The notes beneath the pieces are model-generated. The model made no database searches, was not told the DNA's origin, and worked only from the letters and a program-made list of their open reading frames with translations. A stretch of 64,000 nt of DNA from Bugula neritina (Eukaryota > Animalia > Bryozoa). The translations under genes and the position numbers were made by a program. Each line of letters begins with the position of its first letter. Position 1 is the first letter of the stretch. Below, piece after piece: positions 13,601 to 26,200 of the stretch. The stretch is from assembly GCA_964035545.1 (NCBI GenBank), contig OZ037766.1, positions 27,697,673 through 27,761,672 of the forward strand. Direction: 5' to 3'.

Positions 13601-15238
13601 GCCAAACAAAAAGTTATAAAAACATCGACTGAACCATGCTAAACACTTTGAAAGTTGGAACTGTTATATTGTTGTAATAATATGAGGTAGGCCAATGATA
13701 GAATACGGTTATTGTGTTTAATATGATATCAATATACAAAGTACAAACATTGAATGCAGTGCACTATACTACAGCTAAACAACAACTGATAAGCCATACT
13801 GAATGACAAGTATTTTATTCCATGACTCACCTTAACCCCTTGAGTGTCCTCTCTAATGCACAGATTCTGGTTTTCTATAGCGAGCAAGTCCTTGATTTCC
13901 TCATTGTAGATCTAAAAACAAAACACAAAACAAAATGTCTGCTATTTCATCATAAAAATGGACTCACACCCTACACAGTGTCCTTTCCCTAACTTTGGAG
14001 AATAACTTTTCCCTAACTTTGGAGAATAACTTTTCCCTAACTTTGGAGAATAACTTTTCCCTAACTTTGGAGAAATACAGAGCCTGACCAATCAGCTTAC
14101 CTCGAGGAAAGAGACTCTCGTTACAAACTCCGCCTCTTGCGCCTTCTCCTTCATTGTACTGAAGAGCGTCTCAACTACTCTCGGGATTATCCCCAGCGAC
14201 TCTTCATCCAAACCCTCCACAATCTTTCCTGTACCCATCGTGTATGTCTTCCCCGAACCAGTTTGGCCGTATGCCAACATGGTGGCATTAAAACCTGCAA
14301 AACATCTTCATACAACTAACCTATATAGAGTTTACTGTACATTATACTACACGCACACACACCCACGTTTAAGAATTATTCATATATAGTCTAGAATTCT
14401 TAGTGCAACAACAATCCTATACTTTCCTTAATCTAAAAATAAGAGGGATGAATATTTTCTCAGGAAACACCACCAAAAATAGAATACACACAGGCTTACC
14501 TGCATCTACTGCACCTACAGAAATTGTAAACATGATAACACAGTATATAGTAAAAGCAAACCTTTGAATATTGCCTCTATCAGGGGATATCCACAGCTTT
14601 GGAAGACTTCCTCTTGGCACACATTTGGTCCAAATGCGTAATCAAATGTGAAGTACTTGTCCTGCATCCAAAGTAGGAACATGTCAATAAAGCAACCAGC
14701 TTTTTTACACAGTTCAAACTAACGAAACTATTCAAACATGATAAAAGAGAACTAAAGATTGAATGAAGGCAAGAAAATTTCTAGAAACTAAAATACAACA
14801 AACTACTATAGAGTGAAATATTTGTCCTGCTGCAGTCAACTGGAAAACATGCCATGCCACATTTAAAAAAACATTCAAGTTTCATTTGAGGAGTCCAGAA
14901 AATACCAGGCTCAACACAGAAAATACCAACTATAGGAAGTGATCAGTGAATTTGTTAAATATATAAATTTAATAAAAAAAAATTATTCAAATAGCCATGT
15001 AATTTGAATTTAGCTGGGCAGAAATGTGTAATTACTCAATAGGTTTGTGATCAAATGATGCCAATTAAAATGAACTGTGTGAAAGTTTTGAGTTACTAAT
15101 TGACAAATTCAATGTACAAACCTTTCCCAAAAGCACTTGTGTTTTGTCTATTGGCGTGACACAAGTTTCACAGCCATCAGCAGTTTCTTTCTCTACTAAA
15201 GGTCGAGAACGAACTGCCACACGGACTCGAGTTGTCAT
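4685..15238 (-). CDS. KIF4: Chromosome-associated kinesin-4 (KIF4/chromokinesin), about 24 coding exons. Motor exons 15122-15238, 14562-14661, 14101-14294, 13831-13911, 13293-13459, 12886-12998, 12655-12762, ~11904-12138; coiled-coil exons ~11437 to ~5633; Cys-rich exon ~5268-5447; last exon 4685-~4918
   Basis: Starts [14 protein letters not shown] and contains FTFDYAF, P-loop [20 protein letters not shown], switch [13 protein letters not shown], switch [30 protein letters not shown] and [13 protein letters not shown] kinesin-4 coiled coil ([23 protein letters not shown]), a CXC domain ([14 protein letters not shown]...CGPLCGC) and a KIF4-like tail ([17 protein letters not shown]) follow. Confidence 0.95.
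6360..6632. repeat. Intronic minisatellite, ~20-nt unit CACAACTGAGAGCACATGTC-like
   Basis: About 12 degenerate tandem copies visible. Confidence 0.85.
6917..7200. repeat. Intronic AT-rich tandem repeat, ~45-nt unit beginning CAGTTAGTATATATTATTACGATATACACTGCGAG
   Basis: Two near-identical copies at about 6917-7010, followed by degenerate copies. Confidence 0.75.
7655..7918. repeat. Intronic minisatellite, ~21-nt unit GTAGTACAGAGTATACTGTAA-like
   Basis: About 11 tandem copies; explains the spurious ORFs 7405..7941 and 7664..7885. Confidence 0.9.
9488..9771. repeat. 21-nt minisatellite GTGCGTTGTGTGTACTAGACA (x~13) that begins at a KIF4 splice donor
   Basis: Near-perfect tandem copies; source of four overlapping repetitive ORFs. 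Confidence 0.95.
10570..10712. repeat. Degenerate (GTGTATA/GTGTAGA)n simple repeat
   Basis: Visible low-complexity tandem run in a KIF4 intron. Confidence 0.7.
12145..12315. repeat. 22-nt minisatellite CAACAGATGTAGACGGGTTATT (x~7)
   Basis: Tandem copies adjoining the acceptor of KIF4 exon 8. Confidence 0.85.
13984..14073. repeat. 24-nt tandem repeat TTTCCCTAACTTTGGAGAATAACT (x~3.7)
   Basis: Perfect tandem copies. Confidence 0.9.
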
Positions 15239-15599
15239 GTTTTATCTAAGAAACCAGAAAATTAATTTAAAAACAACCACTCACACAAGTATAACTGGAA
15301 ACAACATATTCCTAATAACATGTGAAAGCCAGAACTGCAACATTTAGCTTTAGGTTAAGCAGATAAGTTAAAGTCATAGCCCATAAACATAAGAGTATGA
15401 CTGTGTGATATCACAGAGTGATCACATATGACTGATTATGAATTATGACAGTCACAGTGAAGTATGACGATGACTATCACTATCAGTATCAATATAATAT
15501 TAAGTATAATTCTTACTCAATCAATAGTTTTACTTGACAACTTCGTTTCCTATTAGACAATTAGTATTTAATTTAGGAAAAATAAAAATGTGTGAAGTG

Positions 15600-15845
15600 A
15601 CCGTGATGATCATAATCATAACGATAATCATAATCATAATATTAATTTTATGATTTATCATCATGGTTATCACACTTCACAGTCACCGCATCTTCATTTT
15701 GATACGATATTTATATTGATAATCGTAATGATAATATTATTATTAATAATAAAATTAATCATGATAATCATAATCATAATGATAATCATAATCTGTGATT
15801 AATCATAAATGATAATCATAATGACTTTATGATAATCACATTGAT
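15600..15845. repeat. (GATAATCATAAT)n-like low-complexity repeat
   Basis: Repeated ATAATC/GATAAT units upstream of the KIF4 start codon. Confidence 0.65.
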
Positions 15846-16203
15846 ATCAAATTAAAGTTCAAAAACATAATACTAATGGTAAATTTGTTAACACTAAACT
15901 AAAACTAATACTAGCAATTATACATTAAGTTTAATACTTATACATACACTATAAGTTTAGACTATAGCCATTAGTTATACTAATAATTATACGAATATTA
16001 AAATTTAAGTGTAACTGTAACACCAAGTTAGCGTTAAAAATAGCGCCATGCAAGGGTACAGCCAATCACTATTCTGACAGGTTTTTTGCTTAAAATGGAA
16101 ACGCTCGTTCATAACATAGCGCACACGTAGAAAAGCTGGGTGTCCCTAAAAGTTACATCAAAAATATCAGGATTATAGGCAATATTGTACTGATTGAATT
16201 GAA

Positions 16204-16356
16204 TTGTTTGATAAGCAGCGTCGAGTTGGGGGTGACCGAGTGCAGTAGTTTGCAGTTCTCGAGTTTGAAGTTCGGGGTTTAATGAACCCCCAACTCTAAA
16301 CTCGAGAGTCCTAAACCACTGCACCGCCCCCCAACTTACAACTGCTTATAAAGCAA
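16204..16356. repeat. ~150-bp imperfect palindrome (fold-back/MITE-like) between the divergent KIF4 and dioxygenase genes
   Basis: Arms pair along most of their length: TTGTTTGATAAGCAG/CTGCTTATAAAGCAA, AGTTGGGGG/CCCCCAACT, GTGCAGTAGTTT/AAACCACTGCAC, TCTCGAGTTT/AAACTCGAGA, GGGGTT/AACCCC. Confidence 0.85.
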
Positions 16357-17286
16357 ATGTACTGAAGAAAAGATAACTCTTGCCGGAACTGAAAACCATT
16401 ATTATTTTATTCCATGTTACAATTATTACACTTAAAAATATCAATAATGTTATATTTCTGATGAGATGTTTGAAATTGAATTAAAAATATGTTCTTTGTT
16501 TTCTCAAAGGTCCTAGATGCTATTTACTTGGTGGTAACAACTAATAGCTACGAACTCTAGTTACCAATAAAAGTCAATTGTTTTTATATTTCTATTTAAC
16601 TCCTAACTGTAAAGTTCTAAAGCTATTTGAATATTAAAACAAAAAGATAAGTTGCAGAATTTAAAAATATCAGTTAGTAAGATGTATAAGTGATCGGTAT
16701 GCATGCTTATGTGAGCAATGCGTTATTATTTATTTAAGATAAATGATCCAACATACAATAGATGATCAACTTTAGTGAGTTTATCGTAGGTGAATAAATA
16801 GATGGTCTCTTCACAGTCTGTTTTACCTGAATTATTATTATAACTTCACTTCTGTTTTGGTGGTGAAAAACCAGCAGGCCTATTGTATTTATAGTGAACC
16901 CTAAACATACACTTGAAATCCTCCCCACAATGACTTATGACAATTGACTTTATGATTGAACAGGCAAAAGTCACTTTAACTTCAAGTTGAAGTAAACTTT
17001 GTGTAGAAATTGCTATGGCATAATGTGTTTGCTTGAATATAATGTTTTTCTTTGGAGAAATATTCTCTCACGGTAGTTTCATCCAATGTGTCCCGTTCAT
17101 TAACGCTATAATCTGCAATCTATTGCATCACTGCCACATATCAACATGCTGACATGTTTATATGACAAATGAATGACAGGGACATGATAGTACCCTAGCT
17201 GACAGCGAGGTCAAGTCCTTGCAGATATAAGTTGCAGCATAGCAATTCAGTCAACTTTTAGCAAGATAAAGGTGTAGCTCTAAAAC

Positions 17287-20200
17287 ATGGAGACTGGCAT
17301 AGACAGTGATCTAGGTAATGTTCACTGTTACATATGTATCATGACTACAGTTTATCACTATCAGTGTAACTTATTTATAAGTTCAACCAGGCCTATCAAC
17401 TCAATTTGTCATATAGCACTAGATCATTTTTAAGTTCATCAACTGAATATATCTGAATGCATGCAAGATTCTTCACTTCACATCTTTCTGGTACTTTTAC
17501 TGCAGACAGTGTGTTTAAACTGAGCGGAGATGGCAAGTTCACAGTGACACCAGAAGTACTGGATAGCTACAAGAAGCATGGCTATATTATAATCAGGTAT
17601 GTTTATACGGAATTTACAAATCAGCTATAACTAAAATATACTTAACTCAACAATACTCCAGATATTATATTTTATATTTTTCACATCCCTATTATTCATA
17701 TACTGTTCTTCAAACTAACTATAGTCCTATGACTTACAACAAACACTAGATAAGCACAAAGAGAATAAATGCACTCTCCTCTTGCCTGCGTTACTCAAAC
17801 CCTTTTCTATAAGATAATATATATGTCCCCCTCTCTCCCTCCACCCCCAACCACTACTAGTCCATCCATTACAAAAAAACTGCCTCAAATACCTTTTCAC
17901 CAATGTCTGTAGCATAGGTTAGAATTAAAGAGTCACTTTGTGATTGCTATCCTATGCAATGGCAAGATGCTGACGATAAACTCTTGCTGAATCACGTTAT
18001 TATTTAGTACATAAATAGTGTTGCCAAGTGTAGTAAATGTGACTGTTTGTTGCCAGAGGCCTGTTGACAGCCGAAGAGAGCTCTCTTGTTGAAGAAGGTT
18101 GGAATGTTGACCCCCATCTGCAGCCCCGAAAGTACCTACAAGCTGATGGTGAGTCATTTTGACGTGACACATACTATGGTTAGTTATTCTTGCTAATAAG
18201 CCACAGGCACTTCTCATACCATTCAATGTTTTATACCATATAACAGAAGCAATTCTAGAAATTGAATATTGAATGAGTACTGAATGATGGTTTTTGTATA
18301 TGCATTCTTATAAATGATAGATATTGATAAATATATATTATAGGTATATATAGTTATAGATGTCCACTAGCATATAACAATGTTTAACTCATAGTTTAAC
18401 TTTACTTGTAAATAACATTAATGGAGGTGAGCAAGTAGATTATAGGAGATAAAAATGCGCAACTACACCCAATATGGCTGAGGTGTACAAAGAGCATCAC
18501 ACTGCAGCTATTTATATAATTGTACCTCTAATTTAGTAACTTTCCCACTATTAAAGTTCTATAGTGTTAGTCTTACATTTCACCAACTAAAATTTAGTAT
18601 AGTTATATAACAGCTTTTCACCAACTGAAATGAGAGAAGGTACATTAAGTAGCCACTCAAGCTATTATACTAAATGCTACATGCCCTGTAATCTCCAAAT
18701 TCGCAGACAAAGGAGACCTGATGGAACTTGCTGTCTGGGACGATGCTTCTAATGATGCCACTGGGTTAGTAGCTAGAAGTGAGAACTTGGCGGGAACTGT
18801 TGAGAAGGTTTGTGAGGACTTTACATGTATCATATAATATTATCTCATTCCTGCTACAGTCTGCACCTTTACTCTCACAACATTTTTTCTGAAACCAGTG
18901 GTCTACCAGGTCACTGAAGGTCGTCTACAAGGTCAAACATTGAAAGCATTTTTTAAAACTTGAGAAAACAACAACTTGCCAAGGATCTATGCTATCTTGA
19001 GATAACTTATTCACTACAAATCTAGCATTTTTAAAGCAAATTTTCAAATAGGTTTGATATTACAACTCATTTTAGCACTAGAGGTGATAATGTAGTGGAA
19101 TAGATGTACCAGTGTATCATCTTTAACAAACATAAAGCAGCATATTTTAAAATGTTGGTGGCATAGTAATCAAAAAAGCCATGTCTTCACTTTACTACAT
19201 TTCTTTAAGAAACTTTTTCTTAGTCCAAGTATAATTGTGACTATAAAGTTGACCTTAACTCTGTAACATTGTTCACATTATATAGCAGAAGTCTTAGTGA
19301 TATTCAAACTATTATATAAGCCTAATTAATGCATCTAACCAATGCACTGGTTATCCCTACATTCTTGGCTATGCTGCCAAAAAATAATTATATATTAAAA
19401 CTCTGTTTGATTTTATCAAAAGATGTTAGCTAATCTTTTAATGTAGCTTCTGGGTGATGAGGTTTACCATTATCACTCTAAATTTCTATGTAAGCCTCCG
19501 AAGACTGGAGGCTCATTTATCTGGCACCAAGACTACGGGTGGGTTATAAGCTATGCTCCACACATATATTAGTAAAGATAACATATTGTAAATTAAGTTC
19601 AGTTAAAGGATTGCTCTATCTTAGTTTATTGCAATCACATTATAATTATGAACTATAATCTAATGTGTATGCAAACAATTGTGACTTTGCAAAGGGATAT
19701 ATGCCTAGAAAACAGCTTTTCAAAATTCCAATTTTGAGGGAGGTAAAATTTTCAGCCATGAAAAAGAATAGCCTAATACGTGCCGTGTGAACGCCAGTAA
19801 CTATGCTGCCCGTGCTAACTATAACGCTAGTATTCAAGGTTGCTGAGCGCAACATCAACCAATAACGCTCAAGCAGTTACAGTGCGCTATATAGGTCAGC
19901 TTTGGTGTGCCCGTAATATTGCACAATCTGACCTAGTTTAGATCGATCGCAGGCATCCATCCTAAAGAATGCATGTTTTTGCAATGCTTTTTTCTATGTT
20001 TACAAGCAAAATATTGTAATGGATTTTAGATTATGTTATTATCGAAAGGATAACTCTTTGTGGCTTACTCTCTATACGCTGGGCATAATGGCTATAAGTA
20101 CTGGAGATCAATTATCATAATAGCTGACAATTGGAATGCGTACAATCTGCTGGACAATTATTGCTAGCTACTAATGCAGGCAGTTAAACAAGGCAAGACT

Positions 20201-23200
20201 AGTTAAATGGAATCGACAACTGTAGGAGGCGTAGATGGTTTGCACTGGCAGTTAGCTGCTTAGTAGCAGATGCTAGTGTTATGCTTATGGTGATGGAGTT
20301 AATTAGTAGCGACAGAGACGACTCGGCGTAGACTGTTACCCGACAATATCTTACAGTCGACAGTGGCACCACTAACGCTAGCCAATCAGGACAGTCACAC
20401 TAATTGATAGCAGGTGGAGCTAGCTACTCGTAGTTGCAGTGCGCTGAGTAGCTAGCCGGCAGAGCAGCTTGGGACTTCATTTAGAGTAGTTGTGTATTAA
20501 AGCTCGCTAATTATGTAATCGTTTTCTATTCATGCTAGCAGTAAATAACCTTCTTGTATTTGTGTAAATAATAAAGTATCTTATCGTAAACAACCTGGTG
20601 CAGTGGCTTTGATTAAGTAGACCCACACATAATAATAGTGAACTGGCAAAATTCACTACAATATGGCCTAATGTTATCACATACATGTTACTTAACATGT
20701 CAAAAAACTATATATTGAGATAATTCACATTTGCACTTCTATAAATATACAAATTACGAGCTGAAAAATCACATCTCACAGTCATATTTCTATAGTTATT
20801 CATTTGTATAATCACGTGACCAGCAAGAATGCTGGCGCTGTTACGTCACATTTCCCAGCTCATTTCAAAATCGGCGTTTTGGCTGTTACCAATCTACACC
20901 CTCAACTACATTCACCCAGCAACAAAATGTCAAATAGGCCTCCCACAGGGGAGTGTGCTATCTCCACTTCTCTTTATCATATACATCAGAGACATGCTGT
21001 CAAGCATAGACGGTACAGGATTACAATATGCCGATGACTGCACTGTTTTGATGACTGGAAAAGACTCTTCAGAACTACAGATAAAAATTGAGAACAACTG
21101 CCAACGGATACAAACCTGGATGGATCGGTGGAACCTACTCATCAACTACCAGAAAACAGAAATTGTGGTATTTAATGGAGATATTACACCCCCAATTATA
21201 AATGCTAACACCATACAAATTTCCACCTCCTCCAAGGTTCTTGGTATAACTGTTGATGACCATCTAACCTTCGAAAAACAGTACAGCACAAGTACTAAAT
21301 GTCTCACTCAACGTATGAATATGCTGAAACCATTTATCTACGCTGGGCTTAGCCCAGACACCTCAAAGAAAATTCTCACACAAGTGATCATGCCAAAAGC
21401 TCTCTACGCGCCTCTCTATGGGACTACAAAACCAAGATCTCCCTGCACACTTATATCAAACTGCTACTCGGAGCTCACTACAACCCTCCCACCGAATCAC
21501 TACACTTGTTGGCAAACATGCCACCAGTAAACCTTGTATACACCAAAGAAAGATTGCAATTAATCAGAGGATTGGTAAAAACTGATAACGTATCCATGCT
21601 CTCGGACACACCTCGAAGCGCAATTACCCTAAAGTTCATGTCAGACATAAAGAAACTGGTCCACCGGACAATTAAATTAACAGATCTACAACCAGTAGAT
21701 CTTACAAGGCACAAGATCACCAACTGCATACAAAATGAATGGACACGCCAATGGAATGCACAGCTCGCAACTGGGATGTGCCCATATGGCATACTCTCTG
21801 TTCTGGAACCGGAACATTTGTTTCACAAACCACTACCATTGAACAACAGGAGAAAAGATGTTGGGGCATTATGTGATCTTCTCACTGGTCACAGCAGGCT
21901 CCTTTCTTTCCAATACAGGATAAATCTTACATACACCCCAGTATGTACTTGTTTCACAGTTGGTTTAAGGTCATACTTTTCATTTTCTGGCTCTTTGCCA
22001 GGTGCTTTATGTTCTATATGAACAATGTTCCACTGATAGCTCGAACAGGTTGAATGTCACAGGAACAAAAAAAATATGAAAAGATAAAGAAACTTATGTT
22101 CTCCAATATACTTTTTTATTTTTTTCAAAAGCCAATTCATGTTTAAGTTATAGCTTGTTGAAAAACATAGTCCCCCTTCCACATTCTTTTCAATTTATAC
22201 GCTCCTGACTTGTTATTGTGTCTCAATATGCCTTGTATTTGAGTGCTTGTTAGTCTCGCTTCACTAACTTTTCCTATACTTCACAAGTGCCAGTGCTGCT
22301 GGCTCAAAAGCTAAATGTTATAAACTGTCAGCTAAAACCCAATCTTGTGTTCCTAGGTTGGTTGGCCTAAATAAAACAATAGTCAAATCATGATTTCATG
22401 TTTTAAAAATTTACTCTATTCTAACCTGCTGCCTAGCTAGTTCTATTTTTGATGTATAATTACAAAATTTGTGATACATTTTTTTGGCAACCATGTGATT
22501 TATAAAATGCAGTAATGGTACTTATAATATTATATTATTGTCATTATAATATATTATATAGTATTATGTGTGTTTTTATTATACTGCATAATATCTATTT
22601 TATTATTGTTGTTGCGCAAACAAGTGCAATTAACCTAGTTTTCAAAATGTACCTCTAAATTATCAGAATATCAGTTTAGATATTTTCATGCTTTGTTAGG
22701 TAAACCTAAAAAAAGAGGCTGTATTCCTAAAGTAAAGGGTGTTGAACTATGAACTATATTAGATTAGCCACTCTGCTACCAAGTGCATCAGTATAATATT
22801 ATATGAATAGCTCTGATGCTTTGTCTCCGGTGGCTGGCTGCGATATGATAACTTGGCCAACTTCCAAGAGTTTAAAATTGGCGCAATTATTCAAGAGGTT
22901 ACATACTGCACAGAGCTAGCAGTGATAGTAACCTTGCTATTGGCAGTATTTATTACAGCTGCCAGCATATAAGCTGCATTGTAGTATGTGTTTGGGTAGG
23001 CTACAAAAACCAAATTTTGCTCCATAATATATAATAAACACAGTGCAGCAACATAATTTTTAGTTTCAAACTACATTGCCACCCTTACATGAGCTGTGGG
23101 CTTCATAAAGATTCATATGATTAGAGATTTATGCTATAGGCTAGCTATGATGAAAATAACACACCATTGTCAAAGTTAACTTCAAGTATGTTGTTTTCCA

Positions 23201-26200
23201 GAAACTCAGTAATGTCCATTTATCTCTCGAATACAAATACTTATGTAATAGCATACAGTTTAAGTTTTATTTTAGAGCACATCTGCAAACTCTACAATAA
23301 GAGCTTGCTTTACCAGTCTATTTCAGACCTGTTTTTGTAGCTAGTAATACGCAAGCTACTTATTTTTAAACTTTTGGGTTATTTGTTCAAAACCATTTGC
23401 TTTGACTGCTATCAACATGAATTGACAGCCTAATAATTATAACCCATTTGCGCGCGAAATATTTATGTAATGATAATGACTCAAATAGTGCGCGTCTTTG
23501 AAAGATGACTGCGTGGTCCAGAGGTTAGAGGCGTCAGCAACAAGTTGGTTGGTCATGGTTCAACCCTGTTTTGTTGCAATTTTTTTTGTCAACTTATGCA
23601 AATCCTACGCATGTATAATAAATATGGCTATAATTGTAAAGTTTTTTTTTAACTTTTGTTCAACAGTAAGACAACATACATGCATAATAATTAGATACTG
23701 AACACTAGACTAAACCTTAAATTGATTTTATAGAATACAATGTACTTAAAATAATCATATGTGAATTAGAGAAACTGAAAGTATACACCTGCTGCGCTAT
23801 AGACAGACCTTTACTGACAAGACTGCAAAGTGAAGTGATTTAGCTGAAATTAACTCTGCCAAACAAACAAAGAATTATGTTGTGCTGAGGCATTTTCAAT
23901 ATATTATTGTAACATAGTGAGATGATTCAGCTAAGTGCTAATGTAAAACAGGGAACATTATATTGGCAGAAATCCAATAGATTGCCAATTTGTGCGAGAG
24001 GGTACTATATGTTATTGTGATAGCGCAGAGCGGCAAACGTACTAGGAATGTTATAATTAGTCACAGGAGCGTAGCTAGAACCACCATATGAAGAATTTAG
24101 AAAATTGCAGTGAAACTTGCAAAATGGTGTATGTTTTTACCAAATTGTGAAGAGCATAAACAGAATTTCAAAAAACAAAGAAAGTATATTAGAGAAAACA
24201 TATCAAGGAATGTCAAGTTTAACTTTTAGACTTTATAAAATAAATCCCCTGTGCTACAGCAGTGGAACATGGAGGGTGTAAAATTTTACTTATTATGCAA
24301 CAACTTTCTCAGAAAATTTTTTATTGAAAAATTAAAAAAGTATATGAAAGAGGAATGCAAGAGCTATCTTTTCATGTCAAATTTGTTAACGTGAGACAAA
24401 AACTGTTCGAGCTATCCCCTGGAAACCGTTTATATATAACATAAAGCAGTGCTTGAATCTGGAAACTAATGACCTTAAACTAACTGTGTTAATAGAAGAA
24501 GAAACAGCATATCACTACATGTACTTGTGTGCAGACTATGATGTCGCCAGAGCTCATACTAACCCCTCCACGGATAACTGGGAATCAGTCATTTCATTCT
24601 TAAACCTCACTAGAAGACTGATGTTCTAATTACCCAGAACAGATGACAACCAAGGCCAGGCTATAACACTCATACACTCAATATAATACTCAATACAATC
24701 TTTATTTTCAAGCATCATACTGTATTTATATAATAATATTATATGTACCTTATAATATTAAAAACAAAACAAAAAAAACTGTTATACTAATATAATTGTA
24801 TTGTTTATACATTCGAAAATATTAACTTTCATCTTTGCCTGCAAATAGAGGTATTTTCTTTTTTTCTTGTATTATTTTATCAATAAAGAGTTCATCATCA
24901 TCACACCCTCAACTTCAACTAACTTTTTCTACCTTTGGTCAAAGGATTTTTGTCAATGCATGCTTAGAAAAACACAATATTATGTGTGTTTGACCTAAAT
25001 GGCCATTTATTAGACAAGATAGAGCAATCCTTTAAGGCCTTAGAGTTAAAACATGCAAATTTAACATTACGGTTTTGTCATCACTATTAGTCGGCAGAGT
25101 CAGGGGAGTTTGTCCAGAGAACTGTTAAATGTTTTCTGTCCTGCATGCTACACACATATTGTATAGTATTTAGTCATGAGATTAGTAAACTGTTTATACA
25201 TTTTCATTACAGTGTTCTGTATTTCTCATTTATAATGTAAACCACGTATAAACCATTACTCACCAGCTTACATATGTTGACAGTAACTCTAATGGTGGTT
25301 AGGAAAGTTTGAAAATAAGTGATGTAACTTGTCTTTAATTGTATCATTGTGTATAAATTAAAGCTAAAACAATATGAAATACACGCATTGTTTTATATAT
25401 ATTGTAAAGGAAGGACAACTCCTAAATCACAACTTCTCCTGCTATTTTAAAATCTCCTGCAGTAGAATATCTTTATATACATAAAATATCAAGCTTTTAG
25501 TATATCACATAGCTGTGCTTTAATAATGTCAACACCAAATTCTTTATCTTTTAGAGAATAGTATGTTTATACTGCTGTGTAGCTCATGATATATGTTATT
25601 TTTTCACTGTACATGTTTTTACATAATTTACTATAATATTAATATAATATGTTGATTTATATTTTGTAACTCAACAGCTACTGGTATCATAATAGCCTCC
25701 ATTTTCCAGATGACATGTGCACAGCTTTCATAGCTGTTGATGATATCAGACTAGACAATGGATGTCTTAAGGTATTTTCATTTCCCATACTATAACTGTA
25801 TAACAATATAAATTACACATATCAAGTTTTTTGATAATAAATTGAATTATTTGGAATTATATTTTTCTCTGTGCAATAAAAAATATTTGTCAAAACTAAA
25901 AAAATTTATACAAGAGGTTTTACATCCAATCTGCTATAACAAAAAACAACTACTTTGGCCAAGACATGTAATATAATATTATAATATTATATAATTATAT
26001 ATACTCTTTGCTTTCCAACTACTATACCCATAATACATACTCTTTGCTTGGTATAGATCATTCCAGGTTCCCACAAATGTGGGAGACTAGAGCATCTGAA
26101 ATATGATGATCAGATTGAAGCTGACTTGGAAAGAGTGGAATATTATAAGGAGAAGTTGGGTGAGATGGGATTACAATTTACAGTGTGATTTAGAGGAGTT

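Larger units (their letters stand above)
19607..25031. mobile_element. Non-autonomous Kolobok-type DNA transposon (~1.6 kb of own sequence) carrying nested insertions, in dioxygenase intron 5
   Basis: Perfect 16-bp TIRs AGGATTGCTCTATCTT (19607-19622) and AAGATAGAGCAATCCT (25016-25031), each flanked by TTAA (19603-19606, 25032-25035). A TTAA target duplication with purine-purine 5' ends is the Kolobok pattern; piggyBac ends start with C. No transposase ORF seen. Confidence 0.8.

Noticed and set aside
18057-18148. Apparent in-frame TGA codons (selenocysteine or pseudogene) in dioxygenase exon 3
   Set aside because: Careful reading gives [30 protein letters not shown] with no stop; the TGAs lie in other frames.
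20829-22021. RT ORFs as a retron, DGR, telomerase or domesticated RT gene
   Set aside because: Typical LINE motifs, 5' truncation, a frameshift and interruption by a DNA transposon. The ORF start (20829-20895) and end (21955-22021) are read-through into flanking elements.
22608-22640. Helitron-like 3' end (short hairpin followed by CTAG-T)
   Set aside because: The hairpin is short and imperfect, and no matching 5' TC end could be defined.
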